64,000 bases of DNA, taken from assembly GCF_009914755.1 (NCBI RefSeq), contig NC_060932.1; one strand, 5' to 3'. Below the pieces are notes generated by a model. The model worked only from the letters and a program-made list of their open reading frames with translations. It was not told where the DNA came from and searched no databases. Shown here one piece after another: positions 34,701 to 49,606 of the stretch. This DNA is from the human T2T-CHM13v2.0 reference genome, Homo sapiens. A program made the position numbers and the translations under genes. Each line of letters starts with the position of its first letter. The first letter of the stretch is position 1.

Positions 34701-36435
34701 TCTTTCTTTTCTAAGTAGGCTATATCCTTTCCTACTTCAGGGTTATTTATAAAGGCAGATCCTGCGCCCATCTTCCCGCACAGCTGCTCCTTTTTAACAT
34801 TTTGGTTTCGTCTCAGAAAACACCCTTCCTCTTTCATTCCCCTGTCTTCTACTCCATCTTTATTTTCGATCGCAGTTTTTCAAACCTCAGTTGGTTTCCT
34901 TCCAAATATATATTAGAATTCGCATTATAGTACTTTTTTGAGATACGGTTACCCAAATAGAACAGAAACCCCGTGAAGGTAGAACTCACTTCTGTCTTGC
35001 TCAACATAGTTTTTACCAGAGAAGGAGCCTAATATACACTTTTGAATCTAGAACAGTTTGTGTATTTTTAAGCATATAAAAGCCACTCTCACTAAATAAA
35101 AGGGGGTTAAATGATATCTTTTATACTATGTCAGGATCCTCCATAACACAGGTCATAAACGAAACTGCCCATAGAAGCTTAGAAAGAAACATGAGTGAAG
35201 AGCACTAGACATAGGCAGATCCAAACCAGAGAGACTGTTCATCCAAGGGGGGCAGCTTCTTGACAACTCCAAATTTAGGCTTATCATTAGGTATATATTT
35301 AGGCTTATCATTTCCAGATCTTTTAATTTTTCAAGAGAAGTGAGAAATCTGGAGCTTTTAAAAGAAAAATGTCTGGGTTTCTCCACTGTTAAAAAATAAA
35401 CTTTCAGTTTGGATGAACAAACAAAACTTGGTGGTGGATTCAATGTGGTTACAGGCAGCCAATTTGAATCCTGGGCTAAAAATATATACATGTTTTTTCC
35501 AAACCACCTTGCCAAAACATTTCCTGAGGATAAAGGTGATAGCAAAAATAACAATAGTAAAAATCTCATATAGTGCCTACTGTATGTCAAATGCTATTCT
35601 AAACACTTCACTTATAAACTCCAATGATCCTAATGACATCTCTCTCATGAGGTAGATAGTATTATTATTCCTACTGGACAGATGAAGACACTCACTAAAG
35701 CAGAGAGAGTAAGAAATTGGTCCTGGGTAAGTGGCAGAGCAGATATCAGACCCCAGAGCCTGTGTTCTTTACTATGGTATTTGAAGATAAGTCAAAAATA
35801 GTGAAATCACATTTCCTCTATAAACACCTTCTGCTTGATAAAAAAACGCAAGCTTTGATGTTTTCCTGTCATCCATGTGTTCTAGTTCTGGCCTGTTAAC
35901 TAACAACCTCTAAGATGTTACTCTCACCCAGGCAATGTGTAGGGTTAATCCTTCCTCATCTATTCAGTACAACATGAGAAAAGGCTGCTATCAGATTCTT
36001 CCCATCTCCCAAAATAGATAAGCTACACAATACACAAGTTAGACATGTGAATACTTACTACCTAAACTGAGGAATTATCTAAGGGACAAAGAGGCACTGA
36101 AGTTCAGCTTTAGTTGTGGTATTTGGCCAAAAATCTGCTATTGGGATTTGGCTTCAGCCTTGGTTTTTGGCAGGCCAAGTAGCCAGATGTCATTTCAACT
36201 ATATTTGTGGCAACCCTGAGCTTATGTGCAATTAATTATCATTTGATCATATCTATTGTAACATTATCAGCAACAAATAGCAGTGTCCTTTGGTTTTACT
36301 GTTGCTTTATGAAAATTCCCTTTCTAATAAATGTAGACATTGTAGGTGTGATTTAAACAGCAAAATCCTTCCAGTTTGTTTTATATCTTAATAGCCTACC
36401 AGCCAGTTGAAGACTAAATGTATCCTATTATAAGA

Positions 36436-37030
36436 ATTCATTCAAACAAATAGTTGAGTCCTTCCATGTATTAGATATGGCTGTTAGTATCAAAGACATG
36501 TCACTAAACATGGGGTCCTGCCTCACAGAGTTCACACTCTAGTGGATGATGACCTAAAATAATAATAAACATAAATTATGTATGGTTTTAGAAAGTGGTG
36601 AGTGTGTTAGTGGGGTAAAGAAATTACAAGACAGAATCAGGGATCAGGGGCCTTGGAAGAGAGGACACTATTTTAATAGAACTGACCATTTCAGCCTCAC
36701 TGGGGAGGTGATACTAGAGCAAAGATTTGAAGGAAATGAAGGGGTGCACCTTGTGCATCCCAAGGAAAGAAGATTCAAGGCAGAGGTAACAGCCAGTATA
36801 AAGGCTTGGAGGTGGGAAGGTACCTGGTTTGAACTAGGAGCAGCAATGAGCATAGAAAAGCCTAGTAGCAGATGACAGGAGGGACTTGCCAAGGCACAGA
36901 TCATGCAGGATCTGGTAGGGCACTAAGGACTTTGGCTTTAATTTGAGAAAAACAGGATGTGATTAGAGGATTTTGAGCAGAAGAGGGACATGATCTGACT
37001 CACACATTAACAAGATCATTCTGGTTGCTG
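36436..37030. mobile_element. L2 LINE 3' fragment
   Basis: attcattcaaacaaatagttgagt terminus and ttttgagcagaagagggacatgatctgac. Confidence 0.6.
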
Positions 37031-37627
37031 AATTGAGGGTCATGTTTTATAATGAATATTGTGAAAACATTGCTTAAGAAGAAAACCCTCAAGTGAGAAA
37101 AACAAAATTGAGCCTGATTTTGAGAATTTAAAAAAATCACCTTGTACAATCCAAAGCTTTAATTTATGGGACTGTTTCAATGAAACTTCATCATGACCAT
37201 CAGCAAGATGGCAAGTCCAGGAGGTATTGACTTTAGTCAGTTATTATTGGAGAGGAGGAAAGCTTATTGACTTGGGGGGAATATCACCATTAACACTACT
37301 ACAGTAATAGCAGAGCTTGATAAAAGCGTATTTTGCTCCTTCACTGACCTCAGTTGAAAAAGCATATTTTCAGTATCATAAATACGCAATAGAACAACCA
37401 CAGGAGCTGACAGCTGAGAAATTATTACCACTGCTCTGTAATGCCAATTTTAAAAAATTCTGCTTGGTATAATTTTAATTAAGTTGTAGTAAATAGGTAT
37501 TCTTATTAATAGTTCAGATTTATTCTTGTATACTAAGATATTTGTTTTATGATGGTGATATTCAACTTCAGCCAATAGTGATTTAACACTCAGCCATTTG
37601 GCATTTGGCCAAAATGCAAATTTGGTG

Positions 37628-38003
37628 CAGGTTGAACAACCTTAATCTAAAAATCCAAAATCGAAATGCTCCAAAACCCAAAACTTTGAGTAATGACATC
37701 ATGCCATAAGTAGAAAATTCTACTCTTGACCTCATATTATAGGCCAGTCAAAACACAGCCAAAAATTTGTTTCATGCACAAAATTATTTAAAATATTGTA
37801 TAAAATTGCCTTCAGGCTATATATATAGGATGTATATGAAACATAAATGAATTTCATGCTTAGACTTGGATCCCATCTCCAAGATATCTCATTTGGATGA
37901 GATACTGAACTTGGAATATGCAAATATTCCAAAATCTAAAAAAAATCCCAAATCCAAAACATGTCTGGTCCCAGGCATTTCGGATACAGGATACTTAATC
38001 TGT
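37628..38003. mobile_element. Tigger4/MER46-like TcMar MITE
   Basis: Ends caggttgaacaacc.. and ..ggatacttaatctg; internal aaaatccaaaatcgaaatgctccaaaa. Confidence 0.75.
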
Positions 38004-38009
38004 ATAAGT

Positions 38010-38380
38010 CAGACAAAATGTTTGTGCCTCCTAAAACTGATAGGTTGAAGCCCTAACCCCCAATAAGGTGTTGTTTGAAAGTAGGGCCTTTGAGAGGTAA
38101 TTACGGGTTTAGATGATGTCAATGAGGGTGGAGGGCCCCATGATGAGAATGGCATCCACACAGAGGAGAAACAGACACCTTAGCTCACTCTCTCTGCCAT
38201 ATGAGAACACAGTGAAAAGGTGGTCTCTGCAAGACAGAAAGAGCATCCTCATTGGAACTGACTCAGCTGGCACCTTGATCTTGGATTTCCCAGCCTTCAA
38301 AACTGTGAGAAATAAATGTCTCTTGTTTAAGCTACCAAGTCTCCAGTAATTTGTTACAGCAGCTGAGGCTGACTAATACA
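38010..38380 (+). mobile_element. MLT1A/B-like MaLR LTR
   Basis: gttgaagccctaacccccaat...gcaccttgatcttggatttcccagcc...aataaatgtc...gactaataca. Confidence 0.8.
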
Positions 38381-39253
38381 GCATATATCTAAGGGTATGT
38401 GTGAAATCAACATTTGAAAACGATTTCTAATCCATACAGCCTTGGAAATAATATTTCAGGTTTTACTTGGCACCTGGTGATCCAATTTTTCAGTTTAAGT
38501 GAGGAGTTCCTAATCACTTAAAGAGAAAGAGAAGAAGCTGTTTTCCATTTCCTTCAAGTTTGGGCCAGATCAGGGAGATGGGGCAGAAATCACGGGAGCC
38601 AGCTGATGCTTACACCAGGGACCCTGAATAGAGCTTGCAGAGGAGGGTGAAAGAGCCACACCATCTGAAATCTTGGCCAACGCTAGAGGGTAGCAGAAGT
38701 CATAGGGCCTTATTCAGGCAATCAGAGACTTTAACTTTTAAGTTCAGGGGTACATGTACAGGTTTGTTATATAGGTAAACTTGTGTCAGGGGGCTTATTG
38801 TACAGATTATTTTATCACCCAGGTATTAAGCTTAGTACCCATTAGATATCTTTCCCAATCCTCTACCCCCTCCCATCCTCCATACTCTCACAGGGTCCCG
38901 TATGTGTTGTTCCCTTCTATATATCCATGTGTTCTCATGATTTAGCTCCCACTTATAAGTGAGAACATGTTGTATTTGGTTTTCTGTTCCTGTGTTAATT
39001 TACTAAGGATATTGGCCTCCAGCTCCATCCTTGTCCCTGCAAATGACATGATCTCATTCTTTTATACGGCTGCATAGTATTCCATGGGGATATATACCAC
39101 ATTTTCTTTATCCAGTCTACCATTGATGGGAATTTAGTTTAATTCCATATCCTTGCTATCGTGAATAGTGCTGCAATGAACATACGTGTATCTTTATAAT
39201 AGAATGATTTATATTCCTCTGGGTATATTATACCCAGTTATGAGATTCCCGGG

Positions 39254-41315
39254 TCATATGGTTTGGCTGTGTCCCCACCCAAATCTCATCCTGAATTCCC
39301 ACATATTGTGGGAGGGACCCAGTGGGAGGTAATTGAATCATGCAGGCAAGTCTTTCCCATGCTGTTCTTGTGACAGTGAATAAGTCTCACGAGATCTGTT
39401 GGTTTCAAAAAGAGGAGTTCCCCTGCACAAGCTCTCTTTGCCTGCTGCCATTCATGTAAGACATGACTTGTTCCTCCTTACCTTCCGCCATTATTGTGAG
39501 GCTTCCACTTCCAGCCACGTGGAAGTGTAAGTCCCATTAAGCCTCTTTCTTTTATAAATTGCACAGTCTCAGGTATGTCTTAATCAGCAGCATACAATAA
39601 TACAATAAACTGTATTGTATAAATACAATAAATTGGTACTAGGAGTGGACTAATACAATAAATTGGTACTAGGAGTGGGGCGCTACTGAAAAGATACCCA
39701 GAAATGTAGAAGTGACTTTAGAACTGGGTAACAGGCAGAGGCTGGAACAGGTTGGAGGGCTCAGAAGAAGGCAGGAAAATGTGGGAAAGTTTGCAACTCC
39801 CTAGAGACTTGTTGAACAGCTTTGACAAAAATGCTGACAGTGATCAATAAGGCCATCAAAAAATTTGCAGCTTGACAATGCGATAGAAATGAAAATCCCA
39901 TTTTCTGGGGAGAAATTCAAGCTGGCTGCAGAAATTTGCAGAAATTTGCATAACTAACGAGGAAGGAAATTTTCATCTCCAAGGAAAATGCCTCCAGGGC
40001 ATGTCAGAGAGCTTCACAGCAGCCCCTCCCATCACAGGCCTGGAGTAGGCTGTATAAAAAGTGGTTTTGTGGGCCGGGCCCAGGGTGCCCATGCTGTGTG
40101 CAGCTTAGGGACTTGGTGCCCAGCTGCTCTAGCCATAGCTGAAAGGAGCCAACACAGAGCTTGGGCCGTCGCTTCAGAGGGTGAAAGCCTCAAGCCATGG
40201 CAGCTTCCATTTGGTTTAGAGCCTGCCAGTACACAGGAGTCAAGAATTGGGGTCTGAGAACCTAGATTCCAGAAGATGTATGGAAATGCCTGGATGTTCA
40301 GGCAGAAGTTTGCTGTAGGGGCAGGGTCCTCATGGAGAACCTCTGCTAGGACAGTGAGGAAGGGAAATGTGGGGTCAGAGCCCCAGCACAGAGTCCCTAC
40401 TGGAGTACTGCCTAGCAGAACTATGAGAAGACGGCCACCATCCTCAAGATCCCAGAATGGTAGATCCACTGATAGCTTGCACCATGGGCCTGGAAAAGCC
40501 ACAGGCACTCAATGCCAGTCCATGAAAGCAGCCAGGAGGGAGGCTGTACATGCAAACCCACAGGGGTGGAGCTGCCCAAGACCATGGGAACCCACCTCTT
40601 GCATCAGCGTGACCTGGATGTGAGATATGGAGTCAAAGGAGATCATTTGGAACTTTAAGATTTGACTGTCCTGCTGGATTTCTGACTTGCTTGGGGCCTG
40701 TAGCTTCTTTGTTTTGGCCAATTTCTCCCATTTGGAATGGCTGTATTTACCCAATGCCTGTCCCCCTGTAGGAAGTAACTAACCTGCTTTTGATTTTACA
40801 GACTCCATAGGTGGAAGAGACTTGCCTTGTCTGTAATGAGACTTTGGACTGTGGACTTTTGAGTTAATGCTAGAATGAGTTAAGACTATGTGGAACTGTT
40901 GGGAAGGCATGATTGGTTTTGAAATGTGAGGACATGAGATTTGGGAGGGGCCAGGGGCAGGATGATATGGTTTGGCTGTGTCCTCACCCAAATCTCATCT
41001 TCAATTCCCATGTGTTGCAGGAGGGACATAGTGGGAGGTAACTGAATCATGGGGGCAAATCTTTCCCATGCTGTTCTCATGACAGAGAATAAGTCTCACG
41101 AGACCTGATGGTATTTAAAAAAAGGAGTTCCCCTGTACAAGCTCTCTTTGCCTGCTGCCAAACATGTAAGACATGCCTTGCTCCTCTTTGCCTTCCACCA
41201 TGATTGGACTTACACTTCCACGTGGCTAGGGAAGTCTCACAATTAAACCTCTTTCTTTTGTAAATTGTGCAGTCTCAGGTATGTCTTTATCGCAGCATGA
41301 AAAGGGACTAATACA
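39254..41315 (+). mobile_element. THE1B-like MaLR provirus: 5' LTR (~39254-39658), internally deleted internal region, 3' LTR (~40963-41315)
   Basis: Two homologous LTRs sharing variants, with THE1-int sequence between them (ctgaaaagataccc...ttgggaggggccaggggcagga). Flanks ccggg / ccagg. Confidence 0.92.
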
Positions 41316-41320
41316 CCAGG

Positions 41321-41971
<651 letters not shown>

Positions 41972-44640
41972 GTGGGTCAAATGGTATTTGTTTTTTGGTC
42001 TTTGAGGAATCACCATACTGTCTTTCACAATGAATCTAAGTGCAGTTTAGAATGACTGCCACAGACTGTAATCAGGAATTTTCTTGGTCTCAGTGACAAC
42101 CTAGAGTGAACTTTTGAAGAGTGAAGGGTAATGGAATGGCTTTGGAAGTATCCCTTGTCCATTGTGTGGCTAATATGCCACTTGTACCAATCCAGAAAAG
42201 CATTCCCTTGATATCATCAACCATTCAACCATTATAGAACTCAGTAAGACATCCTCTGCTCACTTGTGGAGGAGCTAAAGATAACCAAATAACTATGAGG
42301 CAAGAGACATAAACCCAGAGGCAAGGGACTTCTGTATTATATGAACTGACTTATTCATTCATCAAAAATTTCATCTTTTTATTATGTGCTGGACACAGTA
42401 GCAGGCATTGATATTGCAGCAGTGAACAAGACAGACTAGATCATCGCTTTCAAATGATTTAAATTCTGTGGAGAGACAGAAAACAAACAAGATGATTTCA
42501 GACCAGAAAAAGTTATATGCAGAACATCAAACCAAGTGATGTCAGAGAATGTGACTAGGGATTCATTTAGTTAGGGTGGTCAGGAAAGACCTCTTGGAGA
42601 AGCACATTTGAGCTAGGACCTAAATGACAAGGAACTAGCTGAACAATGATCAAGGGGAGAACATTATAGGCAGAAGGGATGGCAAGTACCAATAATCTCC
42701 AAAGAGAATCACTTTAGTAATTTAGTAGTTTGGGTGGATAAACTCAAATGAATTTAGTGGGCTCTGATACACTCGCCTGAACACCGCCCTCCTTTTACAT
42801 TGTCAAATGGCATATCCTGTACTCTTCGTCCACTAGACAAATACTATTAACTAAGTGGCTCCAAGCACTTGTTATTTCCTATAGATCTGTCAGCATAAAA
42901 GAGTGAAAAGCACTGTTCATGTGTTAGATAAACTGTGTTTTAGGTAGACTGTGTCACTGCTAGCCTCAAGATCTTTGTGAAGTCATTCAGTCTCATCTGA
43001 GTCTCATCTCCCTAACTTGTAAAATAAATTAGATGGTCAAATGCTCTCTAGGTTTTCTTTTTTCTTGATTATACAATGAACCTATGGCTTAAATATATCA
43101 TATTAATTGTCATACTTTTCAGAGCTTAACATGTTAGTAATAAAAGCTTACCTCTTCGGATATAAGTTTACTGTAGTTTCGTTTGAGCCCTGTCCAAGAA
43201 CTCAATATACATGTACTGGGGTCCTGGAACTCACATAGCATGAAGTCATATTTGCTTGTCTCTTGTTCTGACCCTTATGAGAATTCTTAAGAAGTACATC
43301 CTCATTATGTTTCATATGCATTGTGTCCTTTCCTATCATGGGTGACATTATATTGGGTTGGCAGCTTTGTTTGGAGACATTTTTGCTCCTTGAGCCAACA
43401 AATACAGATAGCCAAGAATTAGATCATTCTATCCCTAAATTGCAACAGACCTTCTCAAAGGCAGCTAAGCAATGTAATTTGATCAAGGTTAAGTACAGTC
43501 AACCCTTCATCTTTTAACCTAAGTCTAAGTTCTTTTTGCTCTGTTTTAATCCCAGATTAATGGTTCCTGCTTACTGTCACAAATGTCCACAAGTTGCCCT
43601 GCAGTCAACTCTCATTTATCTGCCTGTGGCTTATCCAAAGCACCCAGCTTTCTCCTCCTCCTGCCTCCAGCACCAAGTTCCAGGCCAGCTCCTTTAACTC
43701 TGTGCCAAAGAAATACAAACTAAATCTAATATTAGCCTAATGAGAAAAGGCTATCTGCTGCCAAAGATTCACATAATGCATCCCAAAGCCAACTGCAAGC
43801 AATTATTCACTGTTTTAGATGTTGGCATTGCTTCTCCCTTATATAATACAGCAATCAAGATTTGCTGTTTTCTCCCTGAGGAGTAATTAATATATGCAGC
43901 ATTTTAACCTCTTCTTTTGCCTAGTTGGCCAGATTCTCAGTGTAACAGACCATATTTTCTTTTCAAATAAATAGATCATTTGTATATTTCATGTTAGGAG
44001 CATAAAAAACCTTGAATTTAGAGCCATTAGACATAGAGAGTTACATCTTCCTCCAGATTATTAGCCAGAAACTAAGTTTTAGTGAGTCATTTTACATCCT
44101 TGGGTTTCTCAGCTGTAAAATGGGGATACATTTTTATAAAGGAAAGGTACAGGGGAGGCATGCAAATATAAGGAACGCTCAAAGCTCTGACTCCAGGAAT
44201 TAGCATTGTGGCAGGAAAAAACAAAGGATTATCAACCTTATGAAACCCTTATTTGACAGGCATAAAAACACAGCAAGGTGAAGTTTCCTCATAAACACCT
44301 AGAAAATCAAGTCTAGAAGTCAAGAATTCCCAATGTCATGTTTAGGCCACTTGTGAGGACACATTCTAGAATTCCAAGATAGGAAACAGATAGGATACTG
44401 ATGGGCTGATCTTATTCCACAGCCAGAATTGCCATAGAAATACAAATTCCAATCATCAGAGCATTTGGGAACATCAATTTCAAAAGAAACTCCTGAGTAT
44501 TTCGACTTTTTTTTTTTAAATGACTGAAGTCCTTGTCCACTCAGGTCCAAGGATGAGGATCAGACAGAACATCAACACAATTCCATTTTTCATCTTATTC
44601 CTATACCCAGAGAACTTCAATGGTTTCCCACAGATTACAG

Positions 44641-44840
44641 CAGCACTGTCTAATAGGACTTTCTGCCATAATGATCATGTTCTATGTCCACATTGTCCAA
44701 AACAGCAGCTCCTGGAAACATGGGATAATGAACACTTGAAATGTGGCTAGCATGACCAAAGAAATACATTTTTGCATTTTATTCAATTTAAATAAATCTG
44801 AATATCCACATGTGCTAGTGGCTATTGTATTGAACAATGG
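44641..44840. mobile_element. MER3-like hAT-Charlie MITE
   Basis: cagcactgtctaataggactttctg...cacttgaaatgtggctag...gctagtggctattgtattgaaca. Confidence 0.75.
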
Positions 44841-47800
44841 AGGTGAAAAGTAAATCCATGCTACTCACTCCAGCATTCAAATTCCATCACACAGTTTGGC
44901 CCCAGCCTATTGTTCCAGACTCGATTTCTGCCACACAAACTCTTACTTGAAGAGACTGATGTTGAACACACCTGGGCATTTCTGCTGCCATACCTTGGCT
45001 CAAAGTGCTTAGACTTCACGGCTAAAGGCACCCTCCATTCTTAGGGCTACATATTGGAATTTATCCATACTTCGCAGCATAGGTCAAGTTCTTCCTGTGC
45101 TAGAGTACCCTCCCTTGCAAGTCTTGTTCTGACTGCTCTGTGAGTAAAGGGTTAAGGAATCTCAGGGCTGGCCTGTCTGAGAAGGACTTCAGTCTCCCAT
45201 AGGGCTGGTTTTTTGGAAACTGCTATGTGGAACCACTCCTGGTCTTTAGGAGCTGTGGCTTTGTCTTGAGTCTACAAGACTAGAAGGATATAAATGAATG
45301 GTGAAAAAAAGAGGCTGTGCCTTCTTTGTATCAAAGAGACTCATCCTCATCTGGACTCTCAACTTGGCAGCTGTGTGGGTGATGGGTCAAAAGAAGCTGT
45401 GTACTTGGATAACTTCTGGACCTCCCAATGCAATGAAAATGCTTTGCCACTGTATTTCTTGCTTGTACCCTCCTATAAAGCTATGTAAACATAGTTTTTT
45501 ACTCTTAAACTGGTAACTATAGCTGTGGCGTGGCATGGCATGCATATTCTCTCTGAGTTTCCAAGTACTCACAAGAATTTAGGACTTATGTTGGTAAGTA
45601 TTTTTTGTGGATCCACATTTCAACTGGATTCATTTTTTTATTTCCATCTAGACTGTATGCTTCCCAATAAGACTTACAGGTGATCTGGGTACTCTACTGG
45701 TTTCTCTTTGGTCTGTAAGAGCTGGAGGCTACTTGTGGCCAGACAACCTTTTTCTTCTGGAATAAGGGTTCTGAGTGTTTTGAGGAATTGGGGCTAAGGG
45801 TCCCAAAATGTCACTTTCTAAGATAGAGTATTATTCTGCCCAAAATGAATACAGATACACACACACATTTTAAAATTATGAAAGCAATACAAATTTCAGT
45901 GTCAACAGGGTAGATTAAGCACATGCTACAATCCTCCCCCAATCCACATATATACACAGACTCTAGCATTGCCTGTTAAAGATAAGCTCATTAAGCTCCT
46001 CTGGAACAGGTGGTGTGCTGAGGGATTGGTTTCAAAGACCAACATGGCAGGGCTCAAAGTGGCAGGGCCCAAAGGCACACTAAGGAGCTGGAACCAGGTT
46101 CCCAGTGAGAAGTCTGCATATGAAGGAACTTGATTTGCATAATCAGTCAGAAGCAAACAGAGAGAATGTCAAATCGAAACATTAGTGTAATACCTGGTCA
46201 GAGCTCTCGCATCCCAGAGTTCAGGTGAAGGCAGATACAAAAGCACCTTACCAGAAGGCTCTACAATTCAAGGCACACGTGGCCAAAAGACCCCACGATA
46301 ACTCACTTCTCTGACAAATAAACCACCAGCAAGAATTAGAAGCCATGTGAGGAAATTCAGCACCCTAAAAGCGTAATACTAACCCAACAAACAGAAAAAG
46401 TCATGGTTGAGCTACTAAAGTTAATGGGACAATCTGAAAAGGGCTTTAAAATAAATACACTTAAAAGAATACATATCTTATTTAAAATTCAAGCAAAGCA
46501 GTACAGAAAGTAAAAGTTTTCTCCGTAATTTTAACTTCAGATAGAATCTGCTGCTCAAATTGTGGAAAACCCTCCTAGACTCAGTGATGCTCTTATACAG
46601 AGACAGACATTTTTACATAAACGGAAACATACAATATCTACTATGTCATAACCTGCCCTTCTCGTTCCCTTTCTACTTTAAAATATTATCACATACATTT
46701 TCCCACATAAATACATACAGGTCTTCTACATCCTCATAAAGGAAAAATTATATCCCATTGCATTAATACACAGTTTCTTTAGCCAGTGTCCTGTGAATGA
46801 ACATTCGGGCTATTTTCAATGTGTTCTCCTGTAGCCATCTTTGCACATATGAATGATTATTTCCTTAGGTAAGTTCCTACAGAGGGAATTATTGGCCCCC
46901 TAATGGCACACATTTAAAATTTTGATAACTATTATCAAGCTTGTCATCCAGAAAAGCTGTACCAATTTACATTACTGAATGGCTTTAGAGGTATGCATTT
47001 CTAGCCACAGGTTTTGTAAGGTAGGTTTAAAGTAGGCCAATTTACCGGAGATTCAATTATACACCCAAGAAAAGAGAAGACGGCTTACAACTCTACCAGC
47101 CCTCTAAATGCAATGGAAGGGAAAATGTAAATGTGTTTGTACCTGCACAAAACAAGTTCATGTTGTCTAAGGTACAAAAGCTTCAGGGTCAGTCATGCTG
47201 CTGGCATCCACAGTAATCACACTGTAGTAATTTTAACTGTTCCCCCAGCAGCCACTGTTGTTTCCTCGTCCTCCATTTAAACAACTGGACAAATTCTTTG
47301 TCTAAGCTTTCTTTACTAAAGCCTCTAGTCTGTTCACCCCTAAATATGATGGCAGTGTGAAAAACCCAGAATCTCCTTTCAACCTCATTTGTTGGGGATG
47401 GGTGTTCACTGTAGATGATTTGCATAAACTCAAATGAATCTGGTTTCCAATATTAGTTTGTTCCAGAAGAAAGGCACATTATACACATCCACACTCATTG
47501 AAGTATGTTTTCAGCAAAGGAACTATAAAATGCTTCAGAGGCAAAGACACAAAATTTCAGGATTCACAATTCACATATTCAAGATAATCAGAAATAAAAT
47601 CATATCAGATTTGAGTCAAATTTTGTATATTACCAATATCTTTACAAATATAGGAGATACACACTAGAAATGTTTAAAGTTGAATTTAAATCAGACAAAT
47701 ATCAATAGTTAACTTTTCTCTCTACTCTAATTTTTAATATTTTAGGCATCCTTTGGAAAATATCTCACTCATAGAAAGTCTGTTTATCTTCCTAAAGAGG

Positions 47801-49150
47801 ACCCTTAAGGCGTTTTTTCCTGGCTCTTTCAAGATGCCCATGTATTGATCAGGTTTAGCTTTCTTAACAGGGTTCACTCATTTCCAATGTTGTTCACAAA
47901 CCAAACTTCATTGATCATCAGCCAGTAAATATCCTATGAGTTGCCATTTCTCTTAGCTAAAATGTCTAGCGTAAAATGCCTGCAATATATATCTTGGTAA
48001 TCATTCCCCATTCCCTACCACACACACATACTTAATGTCAACAATTTTTAATTATCCACACTAAAGAAGAGAAGCAATAACAGTAATTATTCCAAACTGT
48101 ACATAAAGCAAAAAATTCACATCTGATTTTGGAAGACATTATTTGGAGGAGAAGGGAGGTGGTTATTGTACAACAGTAAGGTGACCTTTTTCCTTAAGAT
48201 TTTTCTTAGGTGCTTACAACATTTGCTTTCCAAGGCATGCATACATTCATTTGCTCAACCAACATTTGAAAGGAAATTGTCTTGCAGGGAATACACAAAG
48301 GGAGAAACAAAACTATATGAAGATTAATTTCCTCAGTGTCCAAGAGGAAAACTAATATGAGTATCTTCAACAACACTGTGCCCCCAACATGAACATCTGC
48401 ACTGATTTCAGACAAATATCCAGATAGTGCCAGTCCCATTGTAGGGAGCCTTTAGAAGAGGCTGTCCTTACTAAAAAATTACCTACCCCACAGAATCCAA
48501 GTTTCTGTACTTCTTCACCAATGCCTATTTTGTCAGTTCTCTGTTACCTATGTTTAGGTTAAAGACTGAAAAGAACTAAGCATACTACAGCAGAATAAAA
48601 TAATTTTCTCTTTCACTACTTAGGGTTCTATTTACTATTGTCTACCTCACAAGATTGTTACAGGGACACAATAAGTCAATAGATCAAGAGTCCTTCAAAC
48701 AGTACCTGGGAGATACATGCATATTTAATAAAATATCAGCTATTACTAATTAACAATACCTGTAAGCACAAGCCTCTCATACTCATGCAGTACTGGGGCT
48801 TTTATAAAATGCTTCCACAAGCATACAATCGTTTGATCTGCTCAACCTGATGAGAGAAGTCATTTTATGATTCCCTTGTGTAGATGAAGAATCTGCAACT
48901 CAGAAAGTCACATGACTTTCCCAACACCATAGAGTGGTAAGTCTGAGCCTGGCAGGTGAATCTTTTAGCTTCAAGTCCAGGGCATTCTTCTCTATAACCT
49001 CAGAGCCTCACACTATGAGACTGGCCACAAACGTGTTTCAATTTTATTCCAAAGGGAATACAGTTAATATTTTCATTTATAATTATTTATCCGCAAGATA
49101 CAGTGCTCATTTGACCACAGATACAATGGTAATTAGTGAAAGCACTATCA

Positions 49151-49606
<456 letters not shown>

